A DNA stretch of 5,397 bases from Candidatus Woesearchaeota archaeon (GTDB lineage Archaea; Nanobdellota; Nanobdellia; Nanobdellales; Nanobdellaceae). The notes below the pieces were generated by a model, which was given only the letters and a program-made list of their open reading frames with translations, searched no databases and was not told where the DNA came from. Of the stretch, positions 1 to 5,397 are shown in pieces (position 1 is the stretch's first letter; each line of letters begins with the position of its first letter). Both the position numbers and the translations under genes were made by a program. The stretch is taken from the NCBI GenBank assembly GCA_964468425.1, contig CAYXSZ010000007.1, forward strand, positions 1 to 5,397. Reading direction: 5' to 3'.

Positions 1-2381
1 CCTTCGTAGATAAAAATTACTGGGCTGTTTAATTGGTGGTGAAAGACATACGAGTATCCTCCGAGTTCTCTAGAGTCTATATTTGTTATAGCTGGTGATA
101 TTTTAATCAAGTTGTGTTCTATGGCGTGCAATCCAGATCTAAACGCATAATCACAGTCTATAAGCTTTTTAACTAAAAATATTAGCTTCTTGTTGGAAAT
201 TCCAAAGCGCTCTAGATATTCTCTTGCTAGTTCGTATATTTTTCTACTCGTTAGTCCTCGGTAGCGTTCGTAGAGAATTTCTTTGTCGATGGAGTATATG
301 AAATTATAAATTATTTCTTTTTCGATAGCTTCGTCTTTAATCACCTTTTCGAGCTTCTTTTGTAAAATATTCCGGTAAATTTTCTGAACTTCTGAGTAAT
401 CTTTCGGAATCTTTATCCAAATAGCGTTTGTAACAAACTTTCGCTCGATAGGTTCGTCATAGTAGTGCGTTATGACCCGGGTACTTTCGTATGCTTTTTT
501 AATCTCTACATAACCAACAAATCTTTTAGAAACCTCAATTTTTCCCATATATATTTCCCAATCGTTAAAAATTTTTGACGAGTATTCTTCGAGAATTTTT
601 ACATCTTCATAGCTAATTGTAGAAGTTTCAGACGCGTAATCATATACTTGCTCTGGAATTATAAAGGTTACATTTCCTATAGTTTTGTAGTTAGATATTC
701 TATAAGCTTTTCCAGAGGAATAGTAGATCATTCCTGGAAGAAGATATTCGTAAAATGCGAGTTCGTCTATTTCCTCCAGAACACCTCCAATGCTTTTTAT
801 ATAATTTAAAATTTTGGAGGCAGTCTCTTTTTTGCTCGTTCGGTTAACGAGTTCTATAATTCTTGGGTCTGGTTTAATCAATACATAAATCTTGTCTGAA
901 ACGGATCTCAAACCCGAATATGCTATGTCTTTAGTTGACAGAACATAGTAATTTCCTCCAAAAAAGTAATCTCTAATCTTTTTTACCTTTCCCTCAGATT
1001 CGAGCTCCTTTAAAACTTCCTTTTCGAAGTCTGAAAGAACTTGTGGATCTAGCTTTCCGAGCTCGCTAATTAAAAGAAGTAGATGCTTTTTTGCGACTTC
1101 TCTGTTTGTTATATTTAATGGGATTTTTTCTATTTTGTTATTAATTAATGCTTCGAGAAACTTATCTTTATTTTTAATGTAGTAAAAGTCTAAAGCGTCC
1201 TTTCGGAAAATGATTATATTATATCCATCAGAAGACCTCCCCGCACGCCCCAAGCGTTGAATTAACGAAAATAGACCATCCTTTGGAATTCCATAGTTTA
1301 CAACAGCTTTTACGTCCCCTATATCGATTCCTAATTCGAGGGCAGAAGTTGTTATGAGTATTTTTATTTTGTCTTTTTTAAATGCTTGCTCAATTTCTCG
1401 TCTCTTGTCTTTAGTAAAGCTAGCCTTGTATGGATGAATTTTATCGGAGTTTTCAAGATCTTGGGAATAAATCTTACATAGCTCTACTCCTTTCTTTGAT
1501 TCTAGAAATACTAAAGACTTTATGTTGTTTTCTAGGAGAGTCCTTATTGTTCTTTTGAGAATTGCCTTTGAACTTACTCCCTTTGAGTCTAGGAGAAAGA
1601 TGTATTTTTTATAACGAATGCTGGAATCGTTAGAAACTTCTTCGAACTTTTTATTGAATAACTTTTCACAAAATTCCTTTGCATTAAGTAAAGTTGCGGA
1701 GAGGGCTAAAATCTTATAGTTGGTGTTTTTGTAGACATTTTCAAGGAGTCTGAAAAGTCTTCTAAATACATACGCGGAGTTAGTTCCGAAAACACCTCTG
1801 TAGCTATGAACTTCATCGACTACGACGAGATCTAAGTTTTTAAAGAACATAGGAGCTTCCTGGTGATTTTTAAGGAGAAACAAATGAAGGTTGTCGATCG
1901 TTGTGAAAATTATACTTGGATTTGCTCGAAGAGCCTTTATTCTATCTTTTAGGGGAATGTCTCCTAGGAATATGACGGTTCTTGGGTCTATTTTTAGATC
2001 CAATACCTCTTTTGCCAAGGACATCCTTTTTTGAAAGTTTTCGTATTGATCATAGAGGAGAGCCCGAGTTGGAAATATTAGTAAAAAAGTTTTTAGGGGA
2101 TTTTTCGAAAGAGTGTCTAAAATGTAGAGCCTAAAGACTTCAGACTTGCCAGAAGCGGTTGGGGTTGTTAATGTTACATTGTTCTTAGAGTAAAGAAGTT
2201 TGAGCGCTTCCGCTTGATGCTTGTATAGTTTTATTCCTAACTTTTTGAGATATTCTTCAAGTTTTTTGGATTCGAATTTGAAGTCTGAGAATTCTGGAGG
2301 TTTTTCTAAGGTCTCCGCAAAGCCAACTAAGTACTCTTTAAGCCCTTCCTTGATTTTTTCGAGCTCAGTCTGGGGGCTCAA
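1..2381 (-). CDS. ATP-dependent SF2 helicase (DEVH box) with a C-terminal DUF1998/MZB-like region, COG1205 YprA/MrfA/Hrq1-like. It is partial because its C-terminus lies beyond position 1.
   Basis: Manual minus-strand translation gives an open frame from TTG at 2381..2379 to the window edge: 793 codons with no in-frame stop. An in-frame TGA lies just upstream at 2387..2385. Motifs seen: LYKHQAEAL; motif I TPTASGKS (2165..2142); motif II DEVH (1817..1806); motif III SAT; motif VI QRLGRAGR (1259..1236); DUF1998-like GLHAIEH...SRELGG...IFIYEG (134..1). The first in-frame ATG (2024..2022) lies downstream of Walker A, so TTG is the only canonical start that keeps motif I. Confidence 0.85.
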   Translation of the reverse strand, partial: MSPQTELEKIKEGLKEYLVGFAETLEKPPEFSDFKFESKKLEEYLKKLGIKLYKHQAEALKLLYSKNNVTLTTPTASGKSEVFRLYILDTLSKNPLKTFLLIFPTRALLYDQYENFQKRMSLAKEVLDLKIDPRTVIFLGDIPLKDRIKALRANPSIIFTTIDNLHLFLLKNHQEAPMFFKNLDLVVVDEVHSYRGVFGTNSAYVFRRLFRLLENVYKNTNYKILALSATLLNAKEFCEKLFNKKFEEVSNDSSIRYKKYIFLLDSKGVSSKAILKRTIRTLLENNIKSLVFLESKKGVELCKIYSQDLENSDKIHPYKASFTKDKRREIEQAFKKDKIKILITTSALELGIDIGDVKAVVNYGIPKDGLFSLIQRLGRAGRSSDGYNIIIFRKDALDFYYIKNKDKFLEALINNKIEKIPLNITNREVAKKHLLLLISELGKLDPQVLSDFEKEVLKELESEGKVKKIRDYFFGGNYYVLSTKDIAYSGLRSVSDKIYVLIKPDPRIIELVNRTSKKETASKILNYIKSIGGVLEEIDELAFYEYLLPGMIYYSSGKAYRISNYKTIGNVTFIIPEQVYDYASETSTISYEDVKILEEYSSKIFNDWEIYMGKIEVSKRFVGYVEIKKAYESTRVITHYYDEPIERKFVTNAIWIKIPKDYSEVQKIYRNILQKKLEKVIKDEAIEKEIIYNFIYSIDKEILYERYRGLTSRKIYELAREYLERFGISNKKLIFLVKKLIDCDYAFRSGLHAIEHNLIKISPAITNIDSRELGGYSYVFHHQLNSPVIFIYE

Positions 2382-2414
2382 AGCTCACAGGTCACGTCCC
2401 GGCTCCCTCATCAT
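2365..2414 (-). ncRNA. Candidate C/D box sRNA (tentative). It overlaps the uS9 stop codon and the helicase start.
   Basis: Minus-strand layout: perfect C box AUGAUGA (2414..2408), 12 nt GGGAGCCGGGAC, GUGA (degenerate D', 2395..2392), CCU, GUGAGCU (degenerate C', 2388..2382), 13 nt UUGAGCCCCCAGA, perfect D box CUGA (2368..2365). By my count the core has 30 G+C in 50 nt, against an AT-rich background. Confidence 0.25.
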
Positions 2415-2815
2415 CTGTAAGCAGTGGTATACCACTTTCTCGCTTTGGACATAGGAGATTTTCTTTGTTCTTTTCTTCTAGGGTCTGATTTGAGCATCCA
2501 GGGATCATAAGAGGCGAAAAGAGCTTCTAGCTTTTCATCCTCAAAGAAGCGGACTAATCCTTTAGCAATAGCAGTTCTAACCGCATCCGCTTGACCCATC
2601 ATTCCACCGCCCCGGACATTTACTTTGATATTAACCTTTGAAATGTAATCTTCTCCGGCTAGAACGATTGGTTCCATCATTCTTAAGCGCACCAGCATTG
2701 GTTCAACAAATTCGATCGGCGTAGAGTTAACTTTAATTGTTCCGTTACCGCTTTTAACATAAGCTCGGGCGATGGCTGTTTTTCGCTTTCCAACGGCAAT
2801 CACCACCTTTTCCAT
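2411..2815 (-). CDS. rps9: 30S ribosomal protein uS9 (S9)
   Basis: 134-aa ORF with GKRKTAIARA near the N-terminus, an internal VRGGGxxGQAxAxRxAIAKGL signature, and a terminal YR. It ends in a tandem TGA TGA. Confidence 0.97.
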   Translation of the reverse strand: MEKVVIAVGKRKTAIARAYVKSGNGTIKVNSTPIEFVEPMLVRLRMMEPIVLAGEDYISKVNIKVNVRGGGMMGQADAVRTAIAKGLVRFFEDEKLEALFASYDPWMLKSDPRRKEQRKSPMSKARKWYTTAYR

Positions 2816-2836
2816 CTTTATCTTTGTGTGGGAAGG

Positions 2837-2843
2837 ATAAAAA
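2837..2843 (-). promoter_or_regulatory. TATA-like element upstream of rps9
   Basis: The minus strand reads TTTTTAT at -28..-22 relative to the rps9 ATG (2815), inside the 30-nt uL13-uS9 spacer. Confidence 0.4.
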
Positions 2844-2845
2844 GG

Positions 2846-3322
2846 TTACGCCTCAATTATCTTTGCGCCGAGGTGCTTCGAGACTTCCTTGAGAGTAACA
2901 TACCATATCTTTCTCCTGCTTTGCTTTATTCTCTCTTGGATTAGGCAATCCTCAAACTTTTCAAAGTTCTTGTCCTTGAGTTCGTCGGGGATTCCGATGT
3001 ACGTTTTAACCCTTGCTAGCGCGACTCTTCCTCTCCAACTCTTAGGAAGCATTCCACGAATAACTCGTCTTAAAATTCTATCGGGTCTTTTTGGATGAAA
3101 CGGTCCCTTGTACCAGTCTCCTCTCTCTAGAACTTTGTGTGCCCACTCTGAGAAAACGACTTCTTTTTTACCTGTTATAACTACCTTTTCAGCGTTTACA
3201 ACGTGAACCTCGTATCCGTTCAAGGCGAGTTTTGCGACTCGAGATGCGAGCCTCCCAAGGATGTGGTCTGCAGCATCAATGTACTTAACTCCGATTATAG
3301 CAGGTTTGTACCTAACAGCCAT
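2846..3322 (-). CDS. rpl13: 50S ribosomal protein uL13 (L13)
   Basis: 158-aa ORF with IDAADHILGRLASRVAKLALNGYEVHVVNAEKVVITG and RVIRGMLP segments typical of archaeal uL13. It sits directly upstream of uS9, as in the conserved L13-S9 pair. Confidence 0.97.
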   Translation of the reverse strand: MAVRYKPAIIGVKYIDAADHILGRLASRVAKLALNGYEVHVVNAEKVVITGKKEVVFSEWAHKVLERGDWYKGPFHPKRPDRILRRVIRGMLPKSWRGRVALARVKTYIGIPDELKDKNFEKFEDCLIQERIKQSRRKIWYVTLKEVSKHLGAKIIEA

Positions 3323-3343
3323 CTTAGAAAATGTCTAAAACGT

Positions 3344-3350
3344 TTATAAA
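3344..3350 (-). promoter_or_regulatory. TATA box upstream of rpl13, overlapping the stop codon of the 70-aa ORF
   Basis: The minus strand reads TTTATAA at -28..-22 relative to the rpl13 ATG (3322). Its last three bases are the TAA stop of the upstream ORF. Confidence 0.5.
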
Positions 3351-3556
3351 CTGAACTCTAATCTTACGTCCTTGTTTTCCGAAATCCTTTGCTCGAAATC
3401 CTGCTTTGAAATTGGGAGAAGAAGTTTTCTACCGTCCTTCAGGTTCACATAGATGCTTTCAGAACCTTCAATAGAAATTTCTTCGATACTATCTATTTCC
3501 TGGGAGTCGAAAGTTAGCTCAGACAAGCCTTCGAAGACTACAGTTACTTTTACCAT
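3344..3556 (-). CDS. Hypothetical small acidic protein (70 aa) with no recognisable family
   Basis: Intact ATG..TAA ORF on the same strand as its neighbours. It starts 4 nt after the L18e stop and ends 21 nt before the L13 start. My residue count is 15 D/E versus 8 K/R, so it is not like a basic ribosomal protein. No motif matched any family I know. Confidence 0.55.
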   Translation of the reverse strand: MVKVTVVFEGLSELTFDSQEIDSIEEISIEGSESIYVNLKDGRKLLLPISKQDFEQRISENKDVRLEFSL

Positions 3557-3560
3557 CTTT

Positions 3561-3926
3561 TTAAATTATTATCTTTACGTTTGTACCTTTGGGATTTTCC
3601 TTGACGAGGTCTTCTATTTTAATGGCTTCCGCTCCAGCTTCTTTTATTTTAGCCAGCGAACTCTCAGAGAATCTCCAAGCAGCTATTTTGACCTTTTTCG
3701 TTAACTTTCCAGATCCTAAAACTTTTCCGGGTACCACGATTACGTCATTTTCATTTGAAAGTCTATCAATTTTTCCAATGTTGACCTCAACCCTATCTCT
3801 TCTTGGTTTTGAGAGAAGCTCCGCAACATACTTCCATATTCGCGCGTTGTTTTCTCTTGAAGCTTTTTCTAGAGCTCGAATTAAGCGTCGGAGATGAATA
3901 TTAGTCGGACCTGTTCGCTTAACCAT
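3561..3926 (-). CDS. rpl18e: 50S ribosomal protein eL18 (L18e)
   Basis: 121-aa ORF starting MVKRTGPTNIHLRRLIRALEKAS...IWKYVAELLSKPRRDRVEVNIGKI, characteristic of archaeal L18e. It lies upstream of L13-S9 as in the conserved cluster. Confidence 0.95.
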   Translation of the reverse strand: MVKRTGPTNIHLRRLIRALEKASRENNARIWKYVAELLSKPRRDRVEVNIGKIDRLSNENDVIVVPGKVLGSGKLTKKVKIAAWRFSESSLAKIKEAGAEAIKIEDLVKENPKGTNVKIII

Positions 3927-3947
3927 TGAGTAGGTTTGGGCAAAAGC

Positions 3948-3955
3948 TTTTTATA
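3948..3955 (-). promoter_or_regulatory. TATA box upstream of rpl18e, overlapping the dcd stop codon
   Basis: The minus strand reads TATAAAAA at -29..-22 relative to the rpl18e ATG (3926). The dcd TAA stop (3953..3951) lies inside it. Confidence 0.5.
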
Positions 3956-4562
3956 CCTTGAAATCCCAACTTATTCGAGAAAAGGTAGCTCCGTCTTCAT
4001 TGACATACTTAGAACTTTTTCTTTTATCATATGGAATTTCCACGGGTTCTACCTCGTAAAATGTTAATTGCGCTATTTTCGTTAGCGGATACAACTTTAT
4101 GGGGATCCTGTTAACATTAATAATCTCGAGAGTTAAATGCCCCGCGAATCCCGGATCAACCCATCCAGCAGAGGTATGAATTAAGAGACCTAATCGTGCT
4201 ATGGAAGATCTCCCGTGAATCTGTGCTGCTATGTTGTTTGGGAGCTTAACATATTCGTAAATTGAAGCCAAGATGAATTCGCCTGGATGAATTAATATCG
4301 GTATCTTATCTGATTTAAGAATGTATAAGTCAGAGTACTTTCCGTGATGAATTACGTAATTCTTTGTCTCGGTTCTAAATAAGGTTTCTTCCTCACAATT
4401 TCGTACATCTAGAGCTTCCGTGTCTAGATTCTTGAAAACTCTGAACGTATAACCCAAGCGAATGTCGAGAGAGCAAGGTCCGACCATTTTCTCGTCAAAT
4501 GGATCGACAACGATATTTCCATTCAAGATATATTCCTTTATTTTGAAGTCCGGAAGCAACAT
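3951..4562 (-). CDS. dcd: dCTP deaminase. It may be a bifunctional dCTP deaminase/dUTPase, but this cannot be decided from the sequence alone.
   Basis: 203-aa ORF with VGPCSLDIRLG, HGRSSIARLGL and AGWVDPGFAGHLTLEI motifs of the dUTPase-fold Dcd family. Confidence 0.92.
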   Translation of the reverse strand: MLLPDFKIKEYILNGNIVVDPFDEKMVGPCSLDIRLGYTFRVFKNLDTEALDVRNCEEETLFRTETKNYVIHHGKYSDLYILKSDKIPILIHPGEFILASIYEYVKLPNNIAAQIHGRSSIARLGLLIHTSAGWVDPGFAGHLTLEIINVNRIPIKLYPLTKIAQLTFYEVEPVEIPYDKRKSSKYVNEDGATFSRISWDFKV

Positions 4563-4583
4563 TTAATCTTAATTGTTAAAAAC

Positions 4584-4590
4584 ATTAAAA
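4584..4590 (-). promoter_or_regulatory. TATA-like element upstream of dcd
   Basis: The minus strand reads TTTTAAT at -28..-22 relative to the dcd ATG (4562). Confidence 0.45.
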
Positions 4591-4639
4591 TCTGCTTGAT
4601 CGTGAATCGTCACAGTTCAGCTACTCCGGGTATCTTCAT
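4591..4639 (-). ncRNA. Candidate C/D box sRNA (2'-O-methylation guide)
   Basis: Minus-strand layout: AUGAAGA (C, 4639..4633), 12 nt UACCCGGAGUAG, CUGA (D', 4620..4617), ACU, GUGACGA (C', 4613..4607), 12 nt UUCACGAUCAAG, CAGA (D, 4594..4591). The total of 7+12+4+3+7+12+4 = 49 nt is the canonical archaeal architecture. Three of the four boxes carry one mismatch. The patch is more G+C-rich than its very AT-rich flanks. Confidence 0.4.
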
Positions 4640-4689
4640 CTAAGACTAAAATTCCATTTGGTTAAGCAACGCTTTTACATTATAATAAT

Positions 4690-4700
4690 AAATAAAAAAT
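4690..4700 (-). terminator. Oligo-T tract downstream of tfe, a candidate archaeal intrinsic terminator
   Basis: The minus strand reads ATTTTTTATTT beginning 4 nt after the tfe TAG stop (4706..4704). Archaeal RNA polymerase terminates at T-runs. Confidence 0.4.
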
Positions 4701-4703
4701 AAG

Positions 4704-5222
4704 CTATGCCTTAGCCTTTACGACTTTTACTTCTTTTACATCTTCTAAAAGAGCGTTTAACTTATCGATAGTTTCTACAATTTCTTCGAGCCTTCTGTTT
4801 CTCACCGGCATCAATATGCTTTCACACTCCGGACACTTAAAGTCCATAGATTCTGCCGTATCAAACTCGAAGGAAATTCCACACTCCTCACAAACGTAAA
4901 CGATCTCGGGTAGGGATTCTTTTTCCTTTTCTAACCTCTCTATCTCTCGCTTCACGACGATGTCAAAGATTCTTTTCAATTCTTTAACTTTTACTCCCCA
5001 CATATAGTCGTACTTTCCTTCCTTGACGACGACAGCTTTTATCGGATACACGATTCCAAGTTCGTGAAGCTTATAGAGCACCTTTCGAATCTCATTCTCC
5101 TTTACTTTCAGTTTGCGCTTCAACTCTTTTTCCGTAAATGTGTCTCGTCCCGAGATTTCCTTTATAATGTTTTGGACGGTTTCGTCCAGTATCCACATAA
5201 TATTCTTAATGGTTTTTGTCAT
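4704..5222 (-). CDS. tfe: Transcription factor E alpha subunit (TFIIE-alpha homologue)
   Basis: 172-aa ORF. The N-terminal region is winged-helix-like (ELKRKLKVKENEIRKVLYKLHELGIV). It is followed by a zinc ribbon, CEEC-x15-CPEC, and a charged C-terminal helix. Size and domain order match archaeal TFE. Confidence 0.85.
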   Translation of the reverse strand: MTKTIKNIMWILDETVQNIIKEISGRDTFTEKELKRKLKVKENEIRKVLYKLHELGIVYPIKAVVVKEGKYDYMWGVKVKELKRIFDIVVKREIERLEKEKESLPEIVYVCEECGISFEFDTAESMDFKCPECESILMPVRNRRLEEIVETIDKLNALLEDVKEVKVVKAKA

Positions 5223-5243
5223 TTATAAACATTATTGATAAGC

Positions 5244-5255
5244 AAATATGAAAAA
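5244..5255 (-). promoter_or_regulatory. Weak TATA-like A/T tract upstream of tfe
   Basis: The minus strand reads TTTTTCATATTT across about -33..-22 relative to the tfe ATG (5222). It is less canonical than the other four elements. Confidence 0.3.
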
Positions 5256-5295
5256 CCGAGAATTTAACTTTATGTATTGATAAAGTTTTTAAAAC

Positions 5296-5397
5296 TTATG
5301 TAATGAGTTTTGCAAGATTTTGCTTCAGAGTTTTGCAAACTTTTTCGCTCTCGAGTCCATTGATCTTGGAAATGGTTTCTACGAGCTCTTCGAGGAG
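5296..5397 (-). CDS. C-terminal 33 codons of an unidentified ORF entering from the right edge
   Basis: The minus-strand frame is open from 5397 and reads LLEELVETISKINGLESEKVCKTLKQNLAKLIT, ending at TAA (5298..5296). It is co-directional with all its neighbours. The fragment is too short to assign. Confidence 0.4.
   Translation of the reverse strand, partial: LLEELVETISKINGLESEKVCKTLKQNLAKLIT

Noticed and set aside
1-2220. Apparent ORF desert in the supplied track, which could suggest non-coding DNA, a pseudogene or a reassigned stop codon.
   Set aside because: Hand translation of the minus strand shows one uninterrupted helicase frame with all SF2 motifs and no in-frame stops or frameshifts. 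The track misses it because the ORF starts with TTG and has no stop inside the window.
1-2381. The DUF1998-containing helicase as part of a defence system such as DISARM (DrmA/DrmB-like).
   Set aside because: No methyltransferase, phospholipase D-like or other partner genes are visible. All neighbours are core housekeeping genes. Stand-alone COG1205 helicases are common repair-type proteins. The region to the left of the window is unseen, so this is not fully excluded.
2424-2435. Perfect 12-nt palindrome GTGGTATACCAC inside the 3' end of rps9.
   Set aside because: About one perfect 12-nt palindrome is expected by chance in a window of this size. It is not at a promoter-compatible distance from the helicase start (-43..-54), and it lies in coding sequence.
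2221-2454. 77-aa plus-strand ORF.
   Set aside because: It lies antisense to the helicase N-terminus and the uS9 C-terminus. Its S/F/L-rich low-complexity sequence is typical of the reverse complement of K/E-rich genes.
2889-3098. 69-aa plus-strand ORF.
   Set aside because: It lies entirely antisense within the well-supported uL13 gene and has a low-complexity L/S/F composition.
3453-3897. Two plus-strand ORFs (3453..3704 and 3589..3897).
   Set aside because: They lie antisense to L18e and the 70-aa ORF. They have no motifs and show the shadow-ORF composition typical of antisense frames.
3942-3951. 10-nt palindrome AAAAGCTTTT at the dcd stop / L18e upstream region.
   Set aside because: It is short and AT-rich, so it is expected by chance. 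It is better explained as part of the TATAAAAA promoter element.
4344-4350. Perfect C-box-like GTGATGA on the plus strand inside dcd.
   Set aside because: No CTGA lies at the 12-nt or roughly 39-nt spacing downstream; the next CTGA is about 90 nt away. The site lies antisense within a coding region, and roughly one perfect RTGATGA is expected by chance per window.
5283-5297. Inverted repeat AAGTTTT-T-AAAACTT at the stop codon of the right-edge ORF.
   Set aside because: A 1-nt loop cannot form an RNA hairpin. The A/T-only arms are unremarkable in this composition. It may merely supply a T-run for termination.
1-5397. CRISPR arrays, tandem or long direct repeats, IS/transposon ends, and tRNA or rRNA genes.
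   Set aside because: Reading both strands by eye revealed no repeat-spacer periodicity, no terminal inverted repeats, no integrase or transposase-like ORF, and no cloverleaf-compatible G+C-rich segment.

Overview
This is an AT-rich archaeal housekeeping locus, and every gene I can support lies on the minus strand. In transcription order (right to left) they are: the C-terminal end of an unidentified ORF (5397..5296), transcription factor E (tfe), dCTP deaminase (dcd), ribosomal protein eL18 (L18e), an unassignable 70-aa acidic ORF, ribosomal proteins uL13 and uS9, and a large SF2 helicase. The helicase has DEVH-type motifs and a C-terminal DUF1998/MZB-like region. It occupies 2381..1 and runs off the left edge. 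It is missing from the supplied ORF track because it starts at TTG and has no stop inside the window. I translated it by hand and found 793 uninterrupted codons. I see no CRISPR array, mobile element, tRNA/rRNA gene or multi-gene defence system, so this is not an accessory island. Three things deserve a second look. Two short G+C-enriched patches fit the archaeal C/D box sRNA layout (4591-4639 and 2365-2414). An orphan acidic mini-ORF sits between L18e and L13. TATA-like heptamers recur at -28..-22 from several ATGs, which implies leaderless, individually promoted genes. The cluster also lacks the rpoD/rpoN neighbours usual for L18e-L13-S9, which suggests a rearranged and possibly reduced genome. 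That last point, and all RNA and promoter calls, are sequence-pattern inferences that I could not test by search or folding.
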